Below are positions 1 to 9,665 of a stretch of DNA of 64,000 bases, piece by piece. The stretch's first letter is position 1, and each line of letters begins with the position of its first letter. The position numbers were made by a program, and so were the translations under genes. The notes below the pieces were generated by a model, which made no database searches, had not been told where the DNA came from, and was given only the letters and a program-made list of their open reading frames with translations. Source of the DNA: a virus (lineage: Duplodnaviria; Heunggongvirae; Uroviricota; Caudoviricetes); IMG/VR virus record IMGVR_UViG_3300014205_000001, positions 96,001 through 160,000 of that record; one strand, 5' to 3'.

Positions 1-138
1 ACCTTCTTCGTCGTCTTCGTTATCTTCATCGAAATCATCATCATCAAAAGATTCTTTAATTTTTTTCAATTCACTCCATTTTCTTTTAGGAGTTTGATTA
101 TTTAAATAATCGCGAAATTCGTTTATTGTTGTTATCAT
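1..138 (-). CDS. Partial acidic protein with MITTINEF leader (putative internal head protein), runs off left edge
   Basis: Manual translation from ATG 138: MITTINEFRDYLNNQTPKRKWSELKKIKESFDDDDFDEDNEDDEEG; AATATATAA motif at 143-151. Confidence 0.75.
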   Translation of the reverse strand, partial: MITTINEFRDYLNNQTPKRKWSELKKIKESFDDDDFDEDNEDDEEG

Positions 139-152
139 AAGATTATATATTA

Positions 153-3100
153 TTAAAGCGTATCAAAAAATCCGGGAATTACTGAAAATGTCTTCTTCGT
201 AATATGACTTACGCCATATCCACTATGCCACATTACTTCGACCACAAAATGTGGGTCTACAAGCTTATTTACAGTGAAAGACGTACCCAAAGTAATATCG
301 TATTGATAATCCTTCAAGATTTGTACATTTGGTAGAGAGTCTAAAGTAACTTGTAACCAATTGGCAGAAATCCCAGGCTCTTCATTTAATGCAATTGAAC
401 CCGTCGATTTATAAGTCGCACCATTGTGATATACAAAACTGTTAATCGTATACAATAAAGTACCATTCCATTCTTCTAAATAAAATGTACGAATATTATA
501 TTCGAACCAATCAACAGCAGCTGCTGCGAAAAATTTAATACTTATATCGTAGGTATCACTTCCCATTGTGATAGGTTGTAAATATCCTGTTGCTTCAAAA
601 TCTACAGGACACGCATATTCTTCAATTTTAAAACTACGTGTCATATAGTTTTCGTGCTTCATTATTAAATTCTGTTGCATTTGATATTTACCATTAATAT
701 CCAGAATTTTAGTACCCACAGGTAAAATATTTTCAGTTAACCATTTCTTTAATCCTAATAATTTAGTCTTTACTTCTTCTAAACTATAAGCTGAAATAAA
801 ATTACCTTCAGTATCAGTAATACGATAATTTAAACTAAATAGATTTGTTTTACGATAACCTTCATTACGTAAGTTTTCAAATGCTAAATTACTATATTGA
901 TAACCTTGAGTTGTTTTATCTAATAGTTGTAACAATTCCATATTAAATATCTGACCAAATTTCTTAGATTCAGGATTAATATTTTGGAAATATTCAGTAA
1001 ATGATAAATCATTAAAGCCAAAGAAATTAATTGCTTGAATTACTGATTTATATGCACTTAAATTATTAAAAATTTCAGGATATATTTCTAATAATTCCTT
1101 ACGTTTACGATTCATGAATATCCAATCAATACCTTGTTCATTAATATCGACTGATTTGAAAATATAAAAGTCTTGTAATTTTAAAATATTTAAGTTACGA
1201 TTATTGATAGCAATTTTAAAACGTTCATCTTCTTGTTCACTTTCACCATAAACATCTAAGTAACATACTATTTTAGGTGCTACTGTCATTGTCACTTTTA
1301 AAGTTCTAAATTCAAATAAAGAATTACCAAATTCGTCATAATAAGGTAATGTCGTTTTTGATACTTTCTTTACACTTATTTCTTCTTTCACATTAGCTGT
1401 AAAATAAATACGGGTTAATGTTACTTCTTGTATAACGTATTTTAATCCTGCATTATCTAATGTTGCAATTTTTTTATCGTCACTATTTATATCTTCAGCA
1501 GTAAATTGAATAATTTGTTGAGGTTTAAATCCTTGTTGTAAGAAATTTAATCCCATAATATTTTGTATTTCAACGTAATTTTCTTTAAATATCCACAATT
1601 CATCAGCTGATACTACTGTATCATCTTCTGTTACAGGGTCACCACCATTTGTACCTACGACATTACTTGATGTTGCATCATAACTTACATCTTCGATCAT
1701 TGATAGATATAATCTGGCTTTTGACCATGATTCGTAAGTTGCGTTATAACCCATAAAAACTTGTAAAGGCGAAGGCTCCATTGATAAATCTTCTGATTCA
1801 TCTGTGAAAGGTAATTCGTATTCAATTATATCAAATACTGTTTGTTGTTTTGTGGGTTCAGCGATATATTTGAGTTCCTTGTTAGGCTCTTTAATTAATT
1901 TTAATTCTGTTTCACCATTATCACCACATAAAGGTTTTACTCCACTATATTCAGGAAATCCGTCACTCCAAGGTTGTAATTGGTTACCTGAAAAATCGTA
2001 TAAGAAAAAGTCGTTAATCTGTGTACTTTTCCAACTCCAACTTAATTTAACTTTATTGTTAATGTCTTGCAATCCATTTTTAGGAAAACGTATAAAATAA
2101 TCTGAAATAATATTAATTGTTTTATAACCTACGCCTGATGGGTCATTCCAAAATGCACCTTGATATGATAAATGTATTGTATCTGCTTTCAGACCTAATA
2201 TGTTATAAGATTTATTTTGAGGTAACTTTGTTGCACCTGAAATTGAAATCTTTTGGCCTGTTGAATAAAAATCTAAAAAGTTATATGTTCCACTATTTAC
2301 TTTAATTTCGTTTGCACTAATTAAACTTCCTTGCGAATTAGTAGCAAATAATGTTTCATAGACTGATAAATCACCTGATTTAGGAATGTAACCTATATTA
2401 TAAGTTATATCGAACTCCATCAGTGGGTCTACTATGTCAAATGATATTAAATTACTTACATTCGAAACAATAATTCCAAACGTTTTTAATAAATTTTTAT
2501 AACTTGTAACCCAATTGCCTACAGTTGTTGCATCATTCGTATTAAATGGTACAACATAGTCGACACCATTGATTGTAATTAATAATTGAGATTTAATATT
2601 GTTAAATTCAATATCTTTATACTTAATATAAAATACAGCACTATCACCCATATCCATATCCATAATAATAGAAATGTTAGGATATTGTGCAGCAACAGTC
2701 AATGTGTCATTAGCAGCATTAGTAGTCGATAAAGTTAAATCAATTCCTAATAAAGATAAATTAGCTTGATGTGCTGTAATGAAATCAGTAGTTGTGTTAC
2801 TGATTGTAGTATCGAAATCAACATCGTATCTTTTACCATTAATAATTATATTTAAACCAAAATCATCAATCGTTGAAAAAATTATCTTGCGACTAAATAT
2901 TGTGCTATCCTTTGTTTGATGTTGTTCAGAAGTTAATTCTTCTTTAACATATAAAGGAGTAACTTCATATACATATCCGGGTATTGTGTATTGAGTAACA
3001 GTAACACCTGTAATTTTTTGTACTTTAAGTGTAGTAAAGTTATCAGTATAATCAGAAGTAATTAATAATTCGTCAGTATCTTTTAAATATTCTAATCTAG

Positions 3101-4322
3101 CTCCACCTGGTAACGAATTTAAAATGTCATTATATTGATTAACAATACTCCAATAAGTTAAAGGTAATGAATATGTATTGTTATTATCTAATAAAATATC
3201 TTGAGTAATAATAAATTTGTTAGTTGCTAAAAATAAATAACAATCAACAGTTTGATTTAATAATGAAGTTGAATTGACAGTAATTACATTGGTAGTAAAA
3301 TCTAATGCTGTAATTGTCAATGTTGCTTGATTTAATGCGTTAACAGAAGCAGATTTAATTTGAGCTACAATTGTATCACCCACTTTTAAAAATTTAGGAA
3401 TATACGTTACAGTAATTGTATCATTACCAAATCCACTTTCAGTAAAGGTTGTATTGCCATTGTGTAATAAGATACGGCTAGTTTTAAATTCAAATTCTAA
3501 ATTTAATTTATCACCTGCAACAGGAGAAAAAACGTTTGGAGCTAATTTTGTATAAAAACGAAATCGTGTCTTTGCAACATTATTAATTGTATATACTCCT
3601 GTGTTATCACTACTATTAACTAAAGAAATCTTTTTATCAGTATATAATTTAGCGTTCAAGGATGTTTCATTCCATGTAGGTTCAGGATTGTCTACAGCTG
3701 AGTTTTGATTCGCTGAAACGTTATTTAAAGGTAATGAAGTTGAAATACCTGAAACTTGATAGGACTGTTGTACTTCAATAACATTCATGGGTGTAATTTT
3801 TTTACTAGGACCCGCAGTAAATGCAGCTAATGCGCTATTGTTAGTTGTATCTGTAACAACCAATACGCGACCCGGTTCAACTGCTAAAATTTTACGAGCA
3901 TTAATTTCGGATGAAATTGTTGTATCGAAATCTGTACCGTGATATGAATTTAATCCTTCAAAATATATCCACATTCCTGTGTAATAATATTTTTCAATAT
4001 CTGTTGCATAAATCCATTTGGTTTTATAAGCTGAAGATAAATTAACTACTTGGATGTTAGTAATTAAGAGTGAAGGTGCATTGTATTTAGGATATGTAAT
4101 GAAACCATTTGTGTTAAAGACTTGAAATCTGTTTAATTCTGCTTGAAAGGTACTATTAGTACCAGGTACTTTTTCGAATAAATAAATACCTTGAGTTTTA
4201 AAAGTATCGATACTGTTACGGTCAAAATATATGCTACCGTTTAGCATATCACGACTTTCATCGTAATTTAAGTTCATTTGATACCCTTCTTTGTTGAAGA
4301 ATAATAAGTCTTTTACATCCAT
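153..4322 (-). CDS. Large virion structural protein (baseplate/wedge-like) with C-terminal CBM5/12-like motif
   Basis: 1389 aa, beta-rich; late-type motif just upstream; C-terminal EWNGTLLYTINSFVYHNGATYKS..PG.SANW resembles a CBM5/12 module. Confidence 0.55.
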   Translation of the reverse strand: MDVKDLLFFNKEGYQMNLNYDESRDMLNGSIYFDRNSIDTFKTQGIYLFEKVPGTNSTFQAELNRFQVFNTNGFITYPKYNAPSLLITNIQVVNLSSAYKTKWIYATDIEKYYYTGMWIYFEGLNSYHGTDFDTTISSEINARKILAVEPGRVLVVTDTTNNSALAAFTAGPSKKITPMNVIEVQQSYQVSGISTSLPLNNVSANQNSAVDNPEPTWNETSLNAKLYTDKKISLVNSSDNTGVYTINNVAKTRFRFYTKLAPNVFSPVAGDKLNLEFEFKTSRILLHNGNTTFTESGFGNDTITVTYIPKFLKVGDTIVAQIKSASVNALNQATLTITALDFTTNVITVNSTSLLNQTVDCYLFLATNKFIITQDILLDNNNTYSLPLTYWSIVNQYNDILNSLPGGARLEYLKDTDELLITSDYTDNFTTLKVQKITGVTVTQYTIPGYVYEVTPLYVKEELTSEQHQTKDSTIFSRKIIFSTIDDFGLNIIINGKRYDVDFDTTISNTTTDFITAHQANLSLLGIDLTLSTTNAANDTLTVAAQYPNISIIMDMDMGDSAVFYIKYKDIEFNNIKSQLLITINGVDYVVPFNTNDATTVGNWVTSYKNLLKTFGIIVSNVSNLISFDIVDPLMEFDITYNIGYIPKSGDLSVYETLFATNSQGSLISANEIKVNSGTYNFLDFYSTGQKISISGATKLPQNKSYNILGLKADTIHLSYQGAFWNDPSGVGYKTINIISDYFIRFPKNGLQDINNKVKLSWSWKSTQINDFFLYDFSGNQLQPWSDGFPEYSGVKPLCGDNGETELKLIKEPNKELKYIAEPTKQQTVFDIIEYELPFTDESEDLSMEPSPLQVFMGYNATYESWSKARLYLSMIEDVSYDATSSNVVGTNGGDPVTEDDTVVSADELWIFKENYVEIQNIMGLNFLQQGFKPQQIIQFTAEDINSDDKKIATLDNAGLKYVIQEVTLTRIYFTANVKEEISVKKVSKTTLPYYDEFGNSLFEFRTLKVTMTVAPKIVCYLDVYGESEQEDERFKIAINNRNLNILKLQDFYIFKSVDINEQGIDWIFMNRKRKELLEIYPEIFNNLSAYKSVIQAINFFGFNDLSFTEYFQNINPESKKFGQIFNMELLQLLDKTTQGYQYSNLAFENLRNEGYRKTNLFSLNYRITDTEGNFISAYSLEEVKTKLLGLKKWLTENILPVGTKILDINGKYQMQQNLIMKHENYMTRSFKIEEYACPVDFEATGYLQPITMGSDTYDISIKFFAAAAVDWFEYNIRTFYLEEWNGTLLYTINSFVYHNGATYKSTGSIALNEEPGISANWLQVTLDSLPNVQILKDYQYDITLGTSFTVNKLVDPHFVVEVMWHSGYGVSHITKKTFSVIPGFFDTL

Positions 4323-4368
4323 GCTTTATATATTAGATAAGTAATATCCAGTATAAATTTTGAATGTT

Positions 4369-4782
4369 TTAGTCTTCTTGATCGTGTTTTTGTTTATTTT
4401 TCAACCAATTGTGTAAAGTTTCATTAGCTTTCACACTGTAAAAATGTTTCTTAGGTGTATTAAATAACCAATCGCAATTGGTTGCATCGATTACGTCAGC
4501 TTGGATGAATTTTACTTTAGCAGCTAATTGTCTATTGACTTTAGATTCACCTGCAATCACCCAGTATTTATCATGATATTTTAAAAGTTGAGGTAAATTT
4601 TGAACCATGAAATCAGAAGCATCTAAACTAAATTTGGGTGCGACGATGAATTTTGTTTTCACATCTTGTAATTCAAAATCCTCTCCTGCACGCTGAATAC
4701 GATCAACAATCGTTTTACTGTCTAAACCGAAAGGTGGGACATTATCAGTGTAGTTTCTAAATTCAAATAAGGAAAGAATCAT
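4369..4782 (-). CDS. Hypothetical protein with MILSLFEFR leader (putative internal head protein)
   Basis: 137 aa ORF; leader variant; AATATATAA at 4786-4794. Confidence 0.6.
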   Translation of the reverse strand: MILSLFEFRNYTDNVPPFGLDSKTIVDRIQRAGEDFELQDVKTKFIVAPKFSLDASDFMVQNLPQLLKYHDKYWVIAGESKVNRQLAAKVKFIQADVIDATNCDWLFNTPKKHFYSVKANETLHNWLKNKQKHDQED

Positions 4783-4849
4783 ACTTTATATATTAAAATC
4801 CTTTAAACTTTCAGGATAAAGATCAATATAACTTAAAAACTTAGTAAAA

Positions 4850-5122
4850 ATGGGATATAAATCAACTGATCCGTGCTTACAAAAAGCTTTCGACGATGAA
4901 AGATTATTCGTTTTAATGACTCGTGATATTACTTCACCAAAAGTTGTATGCGAATGGATTAAACAAAACATTGATATTCAACCTAAAGAAAAACTTTTAG
5001 AAGCATTAGAATGTGCCATTGAAATGAGTCGCCGATTCCGTGAAATGAATGATCGTAAAGAAACGATTAAAAATAAACCTACAAAGTTTTTCGATGAAAC
5101 AGAATCAGAATCCAAAATATAA
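4850..5122 (+). CDS. Hypothetical phage protein
   Basis: 90 aa ORF directly behind TAAAC-N17-ATATAA promoter. Confidence 0.7.
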   Translation: MGYKSTDPCLQKAFDDERLFVLMTRDITSPKVVCEWIKQNIDIQPKEKLLEALECAIEMSRRFREMNDRKETIKNKPTKFFDETESESKI

Positions 5123-5285
5123 TGATTACATAATCATAAGTAGTTATAATAGAGAATACGTTGTCAAAACAGTTAAAGAATATTTAGCAAAAGGTTACGA
5201 ACCTTTAGGTTCACCCTTTTCTTTAGGAACTTCAAGTGATATGCATCAAGCATTAATATTACCTATTCATGAAAAAGAAATATGA
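5094..5285 (+). CDS. DUF1737-like small protein
   Basis: YIIIS..VKEYLAKGYEPLGSP..MHQAL pattern; start at ATG 5094 preferred over 5049. Confidence 0.6.
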   Translation: MKQNQNPKYNDYIIISSYNREYVVKTVKEYLAKGYEPLGSPFSLGTSSDMHQALILPIHEKEI

Positions 5286-5439
5286 AATAATTTGTCATAA
5301 CGAACGTGAATCATTTGACAAAATAATTACAACTTATTTAAATAGAGGTTGGGAATTAGTAGGGAGTTTAAATATGACAATTGCTCCCAGTGGAACAGCA
5401 TATTTTTCACAAGCAGTAATTAAAGAAACAGAAAATTAA
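5269..5439 (+). CDS. DUF1737-like small protein (not in ORF track)
   Basis: Manual translation MKKKYEIICHNERESFDKIITTYLNRGWELVGSLNMTIAPSGTAYFSQAVIKETEN; TAATG coupling to next gene. Confidence 0.65.
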   Translation: MKKKYEIICHNERESFDKIITTYLNRGWELVGSLNMTIAPSGTAYFSQAVIKETEN

Positions 5440-6275
5440 TGATAGCACAGAAACATAAAATATATTTAAAAATGGCACGTGATTATTCACAGATGTCAAA
5501 GTGTCGCAAAATTAAAGTAGGTTGTATGATTGTTAACAATGGACGAATCGTATCAACCGGAGTCAATGGTACTCCTAAAGGAACTTGTAATTGCACAGAT
5601 CATTTTTATAACTATAACGATGAACAATTTGCAGCTGCACATAGTGCTTGGAGTACTGAACATGAAGTACATGCTGAAATGAATGCACTGTTATATGCAG
5701 CTAAAAGCAATGTTGAAGTAACTAGTGATTGTATTTTGTATTGTACTCACGAACCGTGCAATAATTGTTTAAAACATATTGCAGTTACAGGTATCAAGCA
5801 AATCTATTACATTGAAAAATATTATAATAATACAGCTGACAACAAATACAAAATCAACATCACTCAATTAGAGATTGACGAGGACCCAAGTAAAGATATG
5901 GACCCTAAAGAAATTGAATTGATTGAACAACTAACAAAAAATGGTAGTTTAGATTCATTATTTGATATTGTTAATGAAAAGTTGCCGTTAAACGTTGACC
6001 CAGATTTTTTCGGACATATTCGTGGTAAGTATCAGTTATCGCAACCTATTCCTATAATTTTAAATGGCAGAAGAATATTTTACGAATACGGCACAGTAAC
6101 ATTAAACGAATTAATTAAACTGTGTGAATTTCCTTTGACTGAAGAAAATCGTAAATATTATCGTGCAGATTATCGTAAAAATACAGAAGAAGAGTTTAAA
6201 GACATACCTTCAAATAAATGTTTGATATTACAAAATGAAATGCAAATAAGATGTTCAGGTGCAACTCCAGTATAA
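5439..6275 (+). CDS. dCMP deaminase with C-terminal ubiquitin-like (Multi_ubiq-like) extension
   Basis: HAEMNAL and PCNNC zinc motifs, KVGC, TGVNG; extra ~130 aa C-terminus. Confidence 0.9.
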   Translation: MIAQKHKIYLKMARDYSQMSKCRKIKVGCMIVNNGRIVSTGVNGTPKGTCNCTDHFYNYNDEQFAAAHSAWSTEHEVHAEMNALLYAAKSNVEVTSDCILYCTHEPCNNCLKHIAVTGIKQIYYIEKYYNNTADNKYKINITQLEIDEDPSKDMDPKEIELIEQLTKNGSLDSLFDIVNEKLPLNVDPDFFGHIRGKYQLSQPIPIILNGRRIFYEYGTVTLNELIKLCEFPLTEENRKYYRADYRKNTEEEFKDIPSNKCLILQNEMQIRCSGATPV

Positions 6276-6449
6276 ATGGCACGCCAAAAAGATATAATAC
6301 AAGAAACTTTAAATTCTTTAGAAAAGGAAGAATTGAGATTATTTCATTCGTATAATCGGCATGCGTCATCTCAATTCAAATTAGATATTCTGAATAATTT
6401 AGTTCAAGTTATTAATAAAATAGAAATTTTAAAAACAATAAACAAATGA
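6276..6449 (+). CDS. Small hypothetical protein (57 aa)
   Basis: Manual translation MARQKDIIQETLNSLEKEE..; ATGA overlap with next ORF. Confidence 0.5.
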   Translation: MARQKDIIQETLNSLEKEELRLFHSYNRHASSQFKLDILNNLVQVINKIEILKTINK

Positions 6450-6760
6450 AAATATTAACAGAGGAAGAATTAGATCATTTCAGTGGCAAACGAAATCATT
6501 GGTGTATTGTAACTTATATGGGTAGTTACACACCTTTTTATTATATGGGTTGGTTTGGAGAAGGAAAACCAGCAGTTACTATTGATTTTAATAAGGCATT
6601 AAAGTGCCATTCCAAAATTGCAGCTAACATTGTGCTTGAAGGTTTAAAATCATGTTCAGGATTTGATTGTAGTGATTATAAAGTTGAAGATCATGCCTGG
6701 TTCGGTGCTGATATTGAAATGGAAGTACGTTCGAAAGGTAGAGAAGGAAAAGAACTTTAA
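6446..6760 (+). CDS. Hypothetical protein
   Basis: 104 aa ORF in operon. Confidence 0.65.
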   Translation: MKILTEEELDHFSGKRNHWCIVTYMGSYTPFYYMGWFGEGKPAVTIDFNKALKCHSKIAANIVLEGLKSCSGFDCSDYKVEDHAWFGADIEMEVRSKGREGKEL

Positions 6761-6825
6761 ACTATTTACTTTAATAAGCATATAATAGTAACTCTTAATA
6801 CAAATTATTTAACAAAATCAAAACA

Positions 6826-7542
6826 ATGGACAACATTCATGTAACTCCTCCAACTGAGGAAACAACAGAAATCGTATGTATCTTGGACCGTTCAGGTTCC
6901 ATGCAGCATTTGACTACATCAACAATCGAAGGTTATAATACCTTTTTAAAAGATCAAAAAGCACTTTCAGGTAAAGCAAATTGGACATTATGTTTGTTCG
7001 ATGGTGGTAATTATGGTTGGAAACCTGATCATAAACCTTACGAAATTATTCATGCAAGTGTAGATATTCATTCAGTTCCTGAATTAACGAATGAAGTATA
7101 CAACCCAAATGGTGGAACTGCCTTGATTGATGCAGTATGTAATACAATTAATCAAGTATACGAACGTGTAAAAAACGATCCGAATGCTAAAGTAATCGTA
7201 ATGATAATTACTGACGGTGCAGAAAATGAATCGAAAGAATTTAAAATCGAGCAAATGAAAGACATGGTGAAAGAACGTGAGGAAAAAGACAAATGGGCGT
7301 TTTTATTCTTAGGTGCTAATATCGATGCATTCAGTGCAGGTCATAATTATGGTATCAGTAAAGGAAAAACAATGGCATTTAGCGCAAATACTGCGGGAAT
7401 GAATGCTGTGTACTCCAATCTTTCTGCATCAACTAAAATGTACCGTAGCTTCAGTAAACAAGATTTAATGGACGATGTTGTGAATACAGATAATTTAATT
7501 GCTGACAACGGCGAAGCAAAAGAAGAAGATTTAAATAAATAA
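6826..7542 (+). CDS. von Willebrand factor A (vWA) domain protein
   Basis: MIDAS motif DRSGS, GGTALIDA, ITDGAEN, FLGAN. Confidence 0.9.
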   Translation: MDNIHVTPPTEETTEIVCILDRSGSMQHLTTSTIEGYNTFLKDQKALSGKANWTLCLFDGGNYGWKPDHKPYEIIHASVDIHSVPELTNEVYNPNGGTALIDAVCNTINQVYERVKNDPNAKVIVMIITDGAENESKEFKIEQMKDMVKEREEKDKWAFLFLGANIDAFSAGHNYGISKGKTMAFSANTAGMNAVYSNLSASTKMYRSFSKQDLMDDVVNTDNLIADNGEAKEEDLNK

Positions 7543-7546
7543 TAAC

Positions 7547-7861
7547 ATGTGCGGGAATTGTGAATACGAACGCAAAGAATTTTTCAAAATGGAATTAAAC
7601 GCAATAGAAATAAAAAAAGATTTGTATAAAAACAAATCAGTAGCAACTTTACATCGCTACGAATCAGGTAACTTATGGTATCGGATTCAAACTTCATTTG
7701 GAAATTTTGAATTTCCTATCTCTGTAACTCAAACAGATAATGTTATACATACTATCAGTATTACAGTTACAAAAGAAGGTACTAATACAGGTGAAATGAA
7801 AACATACGATTTACATGCAAAAGAAACGAAATTGAGTGCTGAAATGATAGTAAATGTTTAA
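7547..7861 (+). CDS. Hypothetical protein, possibly C-terminally truncated (alternative start 7589)
   Basis: ORF track; followed by a startless ORF at 7843-8058. Confidence 0.55.
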   Translation: MCGNCEYERKEFFKMELNAIEIKKDLYKNKSVATLHRYESGNLWYRIQTSFGNFEFPISVTQTDNVIHTISITVTKEGTNTGEMKTYDLHAKETKLSAEMIVNV

Positions 7862-8058
7862 CTGACAATGATTTTTTATATTGGGTTGAAGAACGAAAAT
7901 ATAAATTTCATCATGGCGGTTGGTATTTAGGTGGACAAAGTGTAAGTCATATCAGAACATTTCAAAAATTATACGAAAAATATATCGATGAACAAGAACA
8001 CAAAAAATGGGACACCTTCATACGAGGATTTGGCCAAAGTAATGGGCGAAATTCGTAA
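7843..8058 (+). pseudogene. Startless open frame (gene remnant or frameshift continuation)
   Basis: 71 protein-like codons NDSKCLTDNDFLYWVEERKYKFHHGGWYLGG.., preceded by in-frame TGA at 7840 and lacking ATG. Confidence 0.35.
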
Positions 8059-8194
8059 AAAGCACAGCGTTAAAGTAATAATTCCACATAATCCTTTAGG
8101 TTATAGTGACGAATACAATAAAAAATTAGATCAACAAGCACGACAAACTCATAATGGAATTGTCATTGTTGATCATATAATCTTATTAAAATAA
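7988..8194 (+). CDS. Hypothetical protein
   Basis: 68 aa ORF, TAATG-coupled to next gene. Confidence 0.5.
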   Translation: MNKNTKNGTPSYEDLAKVMGEIRKKHSVKVIIPHNPLGYSDEYNKKLDQQARQTHNGIVIVDHIILLK

Positions 8195-8751
8195 TGGTAA
8201 CAGAATTTAAACCACCACACAAAGAAACATATTCATCTGACAAAAAATACATAAAATTATTTTTGGCAGGTTCAATTGAAATGGGTAAAGCCGATGATTG
8301 GCAAAATGCTGTTGTAGAAGCATTAAAACACCGAATTAAAAACCCAGATTTTGAAATTTGTATATTTAATCCACGAAGAGAAAATTGGGATTCTAATTGG
8401 GAACAATCAATCGACAATCAACCTTTTAAAGATCAAGTTCAATGGGAATTATCTCATATTGATCGTTCAAAAATACTTGCTTTTTATTTTCAACCGGGAA
8501 CAATATCTCCTATTTCTTTATATGAATTAGGAGTTGCATCAGTTTCAAGTTTCGGAAATAAAAAAGATGTAATTATTTTGTGTCCTGAAGGTTATCATCG
8601 TAAAGGAAATGTCGATGTATCAGCTGAATGGTACAATATGCAACTTACAAAAGATTTTGAAGATTTTATCAATCACATTGAAGCAGCAATTCTTCATGAA
8701 ATAAATCAAATTAAAACTTTTGGATATAACAAAAATGCCGATCAAATTTGA
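8194..8751 (+). CDS. Nucleoside 2-deoxyribosyltransferase-like protein
   Basis: LFLAGSIEMG..WQ, FNPRR, QVQWEL, SPISLYELG motifs. Confidence 0.85.
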   Translation: MVTEFKPPHKETYSSDKKYIKLFLAGSIEMGKADDWQNAVVEALKHRIKNPDFEICIFNPRRENWDSNWEQSIDNQPFKDQVQWELSHIDRSKILAFYFQPGTISPISLYELGVASVSSFGNKKDVIILCPEGYHRKGNVDVSAEWYNMQLTKDFEDFINHIEAAILHEINQIKTFGYNKNADQI

Positions 8752-8760
8752 TCGGCATTT
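8733..8760. terminator. Bidirectional intrinsic terminator
   Basis: AAATGCCGATCA..TGATCGGCATTT hairpin between convergent genes. Confidence 0.75.
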
Positions 8761-8783
8761 ATTTTGTTGTTGTTTAAATTAAT

Positions 8784-9461
8784 TTATTTTAAATCATTTA
8801 CATATTTAGTAATTACTTCCAAGTAATTGTGACCGAATCCTTTATTGTTACTATGAATATGATTTAAAAAATCCACGATCGGTTTTACTTCACCACCGTA
8901 TAAAGATTCTTCAAACATGTATAAAATTTCATTAGGGTCGTAAGTTCCTAAAGTATTAACTGCACTTCTAATAACTTGTTCGTTACGTTTTAATGCTTTT
9001 AAAACTGTAGATTTTAAATTTGCATTGGTATCAACTTTCGTAAGTGTACCAACAATGTGACTATTAAGACCTAATTGAAACTTTACATATTCAACAGAAC
9101 ATTTTGCGGATTGTTGATTGGGTCTGTCAAGTTTCACAGGATTTTTATGACAACCTGGGTCGATTCCTGCAATGATAAATGTTTCCATTTTTTTACCTTT
9201 ACCTTTTGCAGTAAATTGTTTTCCTAATAAACCAGGTAAACCGTATTGCGCCATTAATTTTTCTTGTGCTTCAATAACTCCTTTAGGTTTTTCAATTTGT
9301 TGTACTTCAACTTTTACGGAACAGCTTCCTAAAGCTGTATAAGAAATTCCACCACCTTGCATTTTCAAATTATACTTTGTTGCAACACTCTGCACAGCTG
9401 CTTCAATTTCTTTACGTAAAATTTCTAAATCGATTTTGCTACTTAAATTTAAATTTTCCAT
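8784..9461 (-). CDS. Hypothetical early protein, paralog of 28092-28487
   Basis: Shared GISY, EKPK, YGL.G, GI...C.K.PV.L.RP and AKCSV.YVK blocks. Confidence 0.8.
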   Translation of the reverse strand: MENLNLSSKIDLEILRKEIEAAVQSVATKYNLKMQGGGISYTALGSCSVKVEVQQIEKPKGVIEAQEKLMAQYGLPGLLGKQFTAKGKGKKMETFIIAGIDPGCHKNPVKLDRPNQQSAKCSVEYVKFQLGLNSHIVGTLTKVDTNANLKSTVLKALKRNEQVIRSAVNTLGTYDPNEILYMFEESLYGGEVKPIVDFLNHIHSNNKGFGHNYLEVITKYVNDLK

Positions 9462-9483
9462 TTTGTTTTGTTTTAAGGTTAAT

Positions 9484-9597
9484 ATTGATTGACACTACAT
9501 AATTAATCATTTTATTTGACATAATGACCCATATCCCTATATAAAGGCATGTTAAAAGTTGCTATAATAAAGTAACTTATTGGTAATCAATCAGTTA
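9484..9597 (-). promoter_or_regulatory. Class I early cassette (leftward): IHF-like pair, palindrome, core
   Basis: Reverse-strand AAAATGATTAATTATGTAGTGTCAA at 9489-9513; AAGTTGCTATAATAAAGTAACTT at 9556-9578; AATCAATCAGTTA at 9585-9597. Confidence 0.8.
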
Positions 9598-9611
9598 GAA
9601 AATAAACATTT

Positions 9612-9654
9612 TTTATGACATAAAAAATGTTTAATTATGTAGTTGTCAATCAAT
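9612..9654 (+). promoter_or_regulatory. Class I early promoter core (rightward)
   Basis: TGACATAAAAAATGTTTAATTATGTAGTTGTCAATCAAT directly before helicase ATG. Confidence 0.75.
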
Positions 9655-9665
9655 AACTTACTATT

